Assembly: GCA_963727625.1 (NCBI GenBank)
Contig: CAVSHR010000012.1
Coordinates: 96,001 to 160,000 of the forward strand
Source of the DNA: an uncultured delta proteobacterium
GTDB taxonomy: Bacteria > Desulfobacterota > Binatia > UBA9968
DNA length: 64,000 nucleotides
Direction: 5' to 3'
Shown: positions 57,933-64,000 of the stretch, one piece after another
How positions within the stretch are numbered: the first letter of the stretch is position 1
Layout: each line of letters begins with the position of its first letter
Made by a program: the position numbers and the translations under genes
Notes under the pieces: model-generated
What the model was told of the DNA's origin: nothing
What the model saw: only the letters and a program-made list of their open reading frames with translations
Database searches by the model: none

Positions 57933-58988
57933 ATGAGCGAAGGAGTAAGACTTTACGCCGGCACGCAGCATGGACTGATCACCTGGCGTTCAACGGATAG
58001 CGGCTGGCAGGAAGTGGCGCGTCATTTCGAAGAAGGCATTATCGACTCGATATACGGCTGCCAAGAATCGCCGGAGCGGATCTTCGTCGGCGTGACCCAC
58101 GACGGGCTATACCGCACCACCGACGGCGGCAAAAGCTGGGCGAAGGTGCTTGACGGCGACATTCGCTCGGTCACAGTCGATCCAATCGCCGATAAGGTCA
58201 TTTATTCAGGCGTTGAACCTGTGGCATTGTTTCGCAGCGAAGACGGTGGCGACAGCTGGCAAGAACTCACGGCGTTGAAAGCCTTACCGCAGTCGGTTCG
58301 GAAAAACTGGTGGTATCCGCAAGCACCGCACCACGGCCATGTGCGCAATATTCATATTCACCCGGATGATCCAAATACGATCTATCTCTGTCTCGAACAT
58401 GGCGGAATCGTGCGCAGCTTCGACCGCGGCAAAACTTGGGAAGACGTCAGCAAGGGCATCGACTATCTCGACATTCACGTTGTCTCGAACTTCCCCAAAC
58501 GAGACGATCGTTACTTTGTCGCGTCGGCGCGGGGCTTTTTTACCAGCGACAAACCGGAAGAGGGTTGGGTGCGCGCCGAGAAGGGTCTCACTCGGGATTA
58601 TTTTCATGACTTTCTTTTCTTACCGCCGGAGCGTGACAACGACCAACCGACAATGCTGATCGCGACGGCGGACGCCTCTCCCGGTTTCTGGCGTAGAGAA
58701 AACCGCGGCGCCCGGGCGGCAATGTTCAAGAGCACCGATGGCGCGCAATCGTGGACGCGCATCACCAACGGGCTCGCGGATGATCTCGACTCGATGATCT
58801 GGGCATTGGTCCACCATCCGACCGATCACCGAGCAGTCTTCGCCGGTTTCGGTAACGTCGCGCGCGGCCACGCTCACGGCGCTGGCGGCGCCGGTGATCT
58901 GATGATCAGCCGGGACATGGGCGACAGCTGGGAGAGACTCGACATCGACTTACCGGCCGACCGGGTGCTGTGGGCGGCGGCGGACTAA
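57933..58988 (+). CDS. BNR/Asp-box repeat beta-propeller protein
   Basis: Repeated S/T-x-D-x-G-x-S/T-W boxes (TTDGGKSW, SEDGGDSW, SFDRGKTW, STDGAQSW, SRDMGDSW); no signal peptide. Confidence 0.88.
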   Translation: MSEGVRLYAGTQHGLITWRSTDSGWQEVARHFEEGIIDSIYGCQESPERIFVGVTHDGLYRTTDGGKSWAKVLDGDIRSVTVDPIADKVIYSGVEPVALFRSEDGGDSWQELTALKALPQSVRKNWWYPQAPHHGHVRNIHIHPDDPNTIYLCLEHGGIVRSFDRGKTWEDVSKGIDYLDIHVVSNFPKRDDRYFVASARGFFTSDKPEEGWVRAEKGLTRDYFHDFLFLPPERDNDQPTMLIATADASPGFWRRENRGARAAMFKSTDGAQSWTRITNGLADDLDSMIWALVHHPTDHRAVFAGFGNVARGHAHGAGGAGDLMISRDMGDSWERLDIDLPADRVLWAAAD

Positions 58989-59008
58989 CTGAAGCGCTTC
59001 GCGCTTCT

Positions 59009-59098
59009 GTTCAAGACGTTCAAGCAGTTCAAAATCGTTCAAAACGTATTGAATCGCCGAACGGTTTGAACGGCTCGAACATTTTGAGCGTTTTGAAC
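59009..59098. repeat. Inverted element with 9-bp periodic GTTCAA/TTGAAC arms
   Basis: GTTCAAGAC GTTCAAGCA GTTCAAAATC GTTCAAAAC ... GGTTTGAAC GGCTCGAAC ATTTTGAGC GTTTTGAAC. Confidence 0.85.
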
Positions 59099-59119
59099 GA
59101 GTAATTTGGAGTATCGTTT

Positions 59120-61027
59120 ATGGCAAATCCTGATTACGCGAACTTCTTTCCGAGTCAGCGCCGGACCCGCTTTCCCGGCGGCTACATGGGAAAAATCCTG
59201 CGCGTCGATATGACCAGCGGTAAGCTGACCGATGTTAACCTCCCTGAAGAGCCGTTCTTGCGCAAATATTGGGGCGGCCAACTATTTGCCGAATACGTGT
59301 TGCTGAACGAACTTCCCCGCGACATCGATCCATACGACGCTAAAAACATTATCGTCGGCATGACCGGTCCGATCACCGGCACCGGTTTTACGCCGGGCGG
59401 GACGAAGATGTGCTTCGTTTACCTGAGCCCCGCCACGCGCCGCACTCTCGGCCGCGGCGCGACCAGCGGTTACTTCGGAACGTCGCTTAAAGCCGCCGGC
59501 TATGACGGTCTGATTATCACCGGCGCGGCGCAGACGCCGAACTATCTCTACATCGGCGAAGACAAAGTTGAGCTCCGCGACGCAAGCCACGTCTGGGGCA
59601 AGGGCATCAGAGACACCGAAGATATGCTCCGCAAGGAATCCGGTCACCGGGACGCGCGCGTCGGCTGCATCGGCCCGGCCGGTGAAAATCTTATTCGCGC
59701 GGCGATGCTGGTCAACGACTACAATCACACCGCCGCGCACGGCTTGGGCGCGGTCATGGGTTCGAAGAAATTAAAAGCCTTTGTCGCCTGGGGCACCAAA
59801 CGACCGCGTCTGCACGACAAGCATCGACTGATCGATGCCGGTATGCGGTGGGCAAAAGCGATTGCGTCGCGAAAAACCACAGTCAAAAAAAGATTGACCA
59901 GCGTCGGCCACGGTGAAGATTGGGGTGCGATTACAAAACTCAACTGGCGCAGCACGATCATCACCGACGAGGCCAAGGGCTTGGATCAAAACCGCGTGAC
60001 CTTGCGTCCTTGCTTCCAATGCCCGCGCATGTGCCCCTGGGATGTCGAAATCGGCGAAGGTCGCCACACCGGCAAGATCGGTCATTTCAACGCCGGCAGC
60101 GAGTGGATGGACACTTTTTACAACCTCGGCTTCAAAGGCAACGACGTCCTCTATCTCTCCGAACGGATCAACGATCTCGGCATCGAGTGCAGCCACTTCG
60201 CTTGCGGCGCGGGGCTGGCCTTCGAAGCCTGGGAGAAAGGCGTCCTCGGTCCCGGCAAGACCGACGGCTTGAAACTCGAATGGGGCGATCTCGAAGCCGT
60301 GGAAACCTTGCTCGAGCGTTGCGCTCGGCGGGAAACTTGGCTCGGCAACATTCTCGCCGACGGCCCAAAAGAGCTCGCTGAAGAATTGGGCGGCGAAGCC
60401 AAGAATTGGGTCGTGCACACCAAGGGCGGCACACCGGCGCAGCATGAGTGGCGACCGCTGCTGAGCCAAATGCTGCGGGAACTAGTCGCCAGCGGCGGTA
60501 TGAAACCGCAGGGCGCGGGCGGTACGGAACCCCCTGCCGACTTGCATTACCGGGAAAAATGGGGACCTCTCGTTCCCAATCAACCGGATGGCTGGACGAG
60601 TTCGCATCTCATCACCGAGCAGATTCGCCAGGCCTGTGGTTTGATGGGTGGTTGCTGGTTCGCGTTGAATGACAAACCGCCCGATGGCATCCAGAGCATG
60701 CTCGACTCGCTCAATGCCACCACCGGCTGGGACGTCAGTCTGGATGAGCTGGTGGACGCCGGCCACCGGGCAATTATTTTACAGAGCCTCTTCGGCACCC
60801 AGCGCGGTTGGATTGCCGAGGATGACTGGCAAGATGTCGGCCCCCGTTTTTTAGAGCCGATCCCCGACGGCAAATACAAAGGATTCACCATCGCCAAGTG
60901 GCTCCCGGATCTGGTCTATGAGTACTATCGGATCTCCGGCCGTCATGAAAAAACCGGCCGCCCTTATAGGGATACGCTGACCCGGCTCGGCCTTGAAGAG
61001 TTTCAAGAGTGGAGTCAGTTGGATTGA
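59120..61027 (+). CDS. Aldehyde:ferredoxin oxidoreductase (AOR/WOR) family protein, divergent (copy 2)
   Basis: Paralogue of 51695-53563 with long identical runs (LFGTQRGWIA, GFTIAKWLPD); CFQCPRMC and GCWF. Confidence 0.9.
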   Translation: MANPDYANFFPSQRRTRFPGGYMGKILRVDMTSGKLTDVNLPEEPFLRKYWGGQLFAEYVLLNELPRDIDPYDAKNIIVGMTGPITGTGFTPGGTKMCFVYLSPATRRTLGRGATSGYFGTSLKAAGYDGLIITGAAQTPNYLYIGEDKVELRDASHVWGKGIRDTEDMLRKESGHRDARVGCIGPAGENLIRAAMLVNDYNHTAAHGLGAVMGSKKLKAFVAWGTKRPRLHDKHRLIDAGMRWAKAIASRKTTVKKRLTSVGHGEDWGAITKLNWRSTIITDEAKGLDQNRVTLRPCFQCPRMCPWDVEIGEGRHTGKIGHFNAGSEWMDTFYNLGFKGNDVLYLSERINDLGIECSHFACGAGLAFEAWEKGVLGPGKTDGLKLEWGDLEAVETLLERCARRETWLGNILADGPKELAEELGGEAKNWVVHTKGGTPAQHEWRPLLSQMLRELVASGGMKPQGAGGTEPPADLHYREKWGPLVPNQPDGWTSSHLITEQIRQACGLMGGCWFALNDKPPDGIQSMLDSLNATTGWDVSLDELVDAGHRAIILQSLFGTQRGWIAEDDWQDVGPRFLEPIPDGKYKGFTIAKWLPDLVYEYYRISGRHEKTGRPYRDTLTRLGLEEFQEWSQLD

Positions 61028-61049
61028 ATGCAGCCACAAGGAGAGGACG

Positions 61050-62042
61050 ATGCGAAAATTTAAGCAAGTAACGACGACCCTTTTTATTCTTCTACTCGCC
61101 ACCCTATTTTTCGTTCCGCGCGGTCAGGCCCAAACCCTCAAGAAAGTCCGCATGGGCAGCTCGTCGACCAACGTTTCCTTTCTCGCCATTTACACCGCGT
61201 TACACCGCGGCTTTTACAAAGACGAGGGCATCGATTTGGAAATTATCCAGATGTCGGCGAACCTGACCAGCGCGGCGATTTTATCGGGAGATCTGGACTA
61301 CAGCGCCGCGGTAACCGGGTTGATCGGCGGCGCCGTGCGTGGCCAACCCATGAAGGTGTTGTTATTTACCGTAGAGCGGCCCCTATTGTTTCTCATGAGC
61401 AGAAAGGAGATCAAAGACCCCAAACAGCTCAGAGGTAAAAAAATCGCCGGTAGTTCGCCCGGGGGGTCGGCAACACTACTTGGCTACCGAGTCTTGCGGC
61501 ATTTCGGCCTTGAGCCGGGACGGGATGTCTCTGTCCTGCCGATGGGTGGCACCGCCGCCGGGCGATTTGCCGTGTTGGAATCGGGAGTGGTCGACGCCTC
61601 GCTGCTGTCCGTGCCGGAAAACATCATTGCCTTGGAAAAAGGTTACAACGAACTGATCTTTCTCGGCGATATCCTGCAATTTGCCCAAAACGGATTTGGC
61701 ACCTCGGAAAAGAAAATACGGGACAATCCCGACCAGGTTTACCGGATGGTGCGGGCGACGCTGCGCGGATTACAGTTCATTTGGGATAAGAACAACCGGG
61801 ATGCCGTGACCGACGTGATGATGAAGCAATGGCGAGTGACCGACCGAAAGATGGCCGCAGAAATGGCCAAGCAAGTTTCCCGCGTTTTAACCAAAGACGC
61901 CAAGGTCAGCCCCGAGTCCGTGCAGGTGGTCATCGATTCACAGCGGGAAAATGCCAAGGTGACGAAGCCCATCTCCGTGTCCGATGTGGTCGACTACAGT
62001 TTTTTAGATAAGGCGCGGAAGGAGTTGGGATTCACGAGGTAA
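61050..62042 (+). CDS. ABC substrate-binding protein (SsuA/THI5/NMT1-like)
   Basis: Signal peptide, GFYKDEGIDLE, LRGKKIA, C-terminal DYSFLDKARKELG. Confidence 0.87.
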   Translation: MRKFKQVTTTLFILLLATLFFVPRGQAQTLKKVRMGSSSTNVSFLAIYTALHRGFYKDEGIDLEIIQMSANLTSAAILSGDLDYSAAVTGLIGGAVRGQPMKVLLFTVERPLLFLMSRKEIKDPKQLRGKKIAGSSPGGSATLLGYRVLRHFGLEPGRDVSVLPMGGTAAGRFAVLESGVVDASLLSVPENIIALEKGYNELIFLGDILQFAQNGFGTSEKKIRDNPDQVYRMVRATLRGLQFIWDKNNRDAVTDVMMKQWRVTDRKMAAEMAKQVSRVLTKDAKVSPESVQVVIDSQRENAKVTKPISVSDVVDYSFLDKARKELGFTR

Positions 62043-62211
62043 TCTGGACTTTGGGGCCTCCTGTCCAGCGTCTCGATTCCAAAACTCGCAAAACCGCGGC
62101 GAACCCCTGCAAATCACATCTACTCGGGACTCAAGCCCGTAATGAAAACCAATAAGATTGAATCAAGTCAAAACCTTAAATCCGGAAACTCTAGAGTCTA
62201 GACCCGAGGCT

Positions 62212-63243
62212 CTAGACTCTTATGAGAGGATCAATAATCACCTTGATTGAATCCTGCCCGCTGGCCGTTAGTCGGAAACCCAAGCCGGCTTGCGCCAGCG
62301 GCAGACGATGCGTGACCATTTCACCGACGCGCACCTTGCGATTGCGGATAAGCCCCAGCGATTCTTTCAGATCATCGCCGCTCCCGGCGTAGGAAGTCAC
62401 CACGTTTATTTCATCGCGCCAGAAATCGAATAACGGAATCGCTACATCGACACCGGCAACCGTCGGAGCGAAGAACAGTAAGGTGCCGCCTCGATCGATC
62501 GACCGGACTGCCTGTTGGATCGCCGGCATGGCGCCGGTGCAAACGATGACAAGATCCGCCAATCGTCCTTCGTTCAAATCGCGCAGCCGTACCGGTACCT
62601 CCTCAGCCCCATGAATCGTCGCGTCGGCACCGAACTGCACGGCGGCCTTGAGACGAAAATCGCTGATGTCGGTCGCAACGATGCGCGTCGCGCCGCGCGC
62701 GCGGGCGAGCTGGATATGCATCAATCCGGAAATGCCGCTGCCGATCACCAGCACGGTCTGGCCCGCCGCCACGCCGGCAAATCGCTGCGACCGCACGACA
62801 CAGGCGAGCGGCTCGATGAACGAGCCCTCATCGAAGGTCATCGTGTCGGGAATACGCAAAGTGCCCAACTCGACGTTGATTTGCGGCACGCGAATATACT
62901 CGGCGAAGCCGCCGGGATCGAAATGCGTCGTGCGCAGCAGGTCGCAAACCGACTGATGGCCGGCAAGACAATAGCGGCACTTGCCGCAGGGCACATGGTG
63001 AGAGGAAAACACTCGATCGCCGACCTTAAAGTCTTTGACGCCCTCACCGGCTTCGACCACTTGGCCGGTAATTTCATGGCCCAAGACAAGCGGCGCCTTT
63101 TTGACCCGGTACCACTCCATAAGATCGCTGCCGCAGATGCCGCTCGCGCGTGTGCGGATGAGCAACTCGCCAGGGCCGATCTTCGGAACCGGTATTTCCT
63201 CCAACCGGACATCCTGGTTGTTGTAGTAGACCGCAACTTTCAT
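62212..63243 (-). CDS. Zn-dependent (sugar-alcohol-type) dehydrogenase
   Basis: ICGSD, GHE, CGKCRYC...C, EPLAC, GSGISG. Confidence 0.9.
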   Translation of the reverse strand: MKVAVYYNNQDVRLEEIPVPKIGPGELLIRTRASGICGSDLMEWYRVKKAPLVLGHEITGQVVEAGEGVKDFKVGDRVFSSHHVPCGKCRYCLAGHQSVCDLLRTTHFDPGGFAEYIRVPQINVELGTLRIPDTMTFDEGSFIEPLACVVRSQRFAGVAAGQTVLVIGSGISGLMHIQLARARGATRIVATDISDFRLKAAVQFGADATIHGAEEVPVRLRDLNEGRLADLVIVCTGAMPAIQQAVRSIDRGGTLLFFAPTVAGVDVAIPLFDFWRDEINVVTSYAGSGDDLKESLGLIRNRKVRVGEMVTHRLPLAQAGLGFRLTASGQDSIKVIIDPLIRV

Positions 63244-63433
63244 CAAGTTGCGGCGGTCTAGAGTCTCACGTCTCGGGTTCAGAGTAGAATGCTCGGATGA
63301 ACTCATAGAGTTACTTTAGCTGGTGATGCTAGCGTGCATACTTTGCGCCTCTGACACTCGACTTCACGATGTACTTCATGAGTCCACCGAAAAGCGGCTG
63401 TCCCGCTCTTTCAATCCGAGACGCGAGACGATT

Positions 63434-64000
63434 CTAACTGGCTCGCCTCTCCTTCGCTCCCTTCTCACTCTCGTAAATCTTATACGCCTCCTTAACCGAG
63501 ACATTTTCATGCACGATCGCCCGCACGGCTTTGATCATCCCGACTGGCGAATCGGATTGAAAGATATTCCGCCCCATATCGACGCCAACCGCGCCGCCTT
63601 TGACGGCGTTGTGGGTCAGTTCCAAAGCTTCCAGCTCGGGCGTCTTCTTGCCACCGGCGATGATCACGGGGATCGGACAGCTTTCAATCAGCTGCTCGAA
63701 ATCGTCGCAATAGTAAGTCTTCACGACATGCGCGCCGAGCTCGGCGGCGATGCGGCAAGACAACCCTAGATAGCGCACGTCGCGCGCCATGTCCTTGCCG
63801 ACGGCGGTAACCGCGAGCACTGGGATGCCGTATTTTTCTCCTTCGTTGACGAGCTTGGTCAAGCTGACCAGCGTTTCCTTTTCGAACTCCGAACCGACGA
63901 AAATCGACAGCGCCATGGCGGAAACGTTGAGGCGAATGCAATCGTCGATGGAGACCGTAATCTCTTCGTTGGAAAGTTCCTTGAGGATGCTGGTGCCGCC
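63434..64000 (-). CDS. lsrF: LsrF-like class I aldolase/thiolase, 3' part (5' end beyond the window)
   Basis: GGTSILKELSNE, AVTAVGKDM.RD.RY, RIAAELGA..VKTYY, IAGGKK, GVDMGRNIFQS. Confidence 0.9.
   Translation of the reverse strand, partial: GGTSILKELSNEEITVSIDDCIRLNVSAMALSIFVGSEFEKETLVSLTKLVNEGEKYGIPVLAVTAVGKDMARDVRYLGLSCRIAAELGAHVVKTYYCDDFEQLIESCPIPVIIAGGKKTPELEALELTHNAVKGGAVGVDMGRNIFQSDSPVGMIKAVRAIVHENVSVKEAYKIYESEKGAKERRAS

Noticed and set aside
49432-59098. Periodic GTTCAA repeats as a CRISPR array
   Set aside because: The units are 9 bp with 3-bp variable parts and are arranged as inverted arms. There are no 25-45-bp repeats with unique spacers and no cas genes.

Overview
64 kb of a GC-rich bacterial chromosome. 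The gene repertoire (many orphan solute-binding proteins, amidohydrolase/SDR/cupin clusters, short-period intergenic inverted repeats) suggests a Binatia/deltaproteobacterium-like lineage, which is inference only. 1-7.8 kb (minus strand) is a type I restriction-modification locus (hsdM-hsdS-hsdR) carrying four cargo genes: a NYN RNase, a YhcG/DUF1016 nuclease, a HEPN/DUF3644-like protein and RhuM-Fic. The cargo genes are separated by extra copies of the hsdM 3' tail and the hsdR 5' head. Short scars of earlier cargo alleles keep an in-frame DNA palindrome at the same codon register as in the intact cargo genes. The NYN gene has its own sigma70 promoter followed by a hairpin and U-tract leader. 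The rest of the window is metabolic: ABC components, fumC, nadX, an aa3-type cytochrome c oxidase operon, a dehydrogenase/amidohydrolase cluster, MEMO1-DUF59-Mrp, plsY, a Na+-translocating acyl-CoA decarboxylase operon, a sigma54-preceded HTH plus sensor kinase, two moeA genes, two divergent aldehyde:ferredoxin oxidoreductase-family genes with a ferredoxin-like subunit, and a partial lsrF. Four families of intergenic periodic inverted repeats and two REP-like elements inserted in-frame in genes are present. I saw no tRNA, rRNA, CRISPR array, integrase or transposase. All calls come from motif reading by eye, with no database searches.
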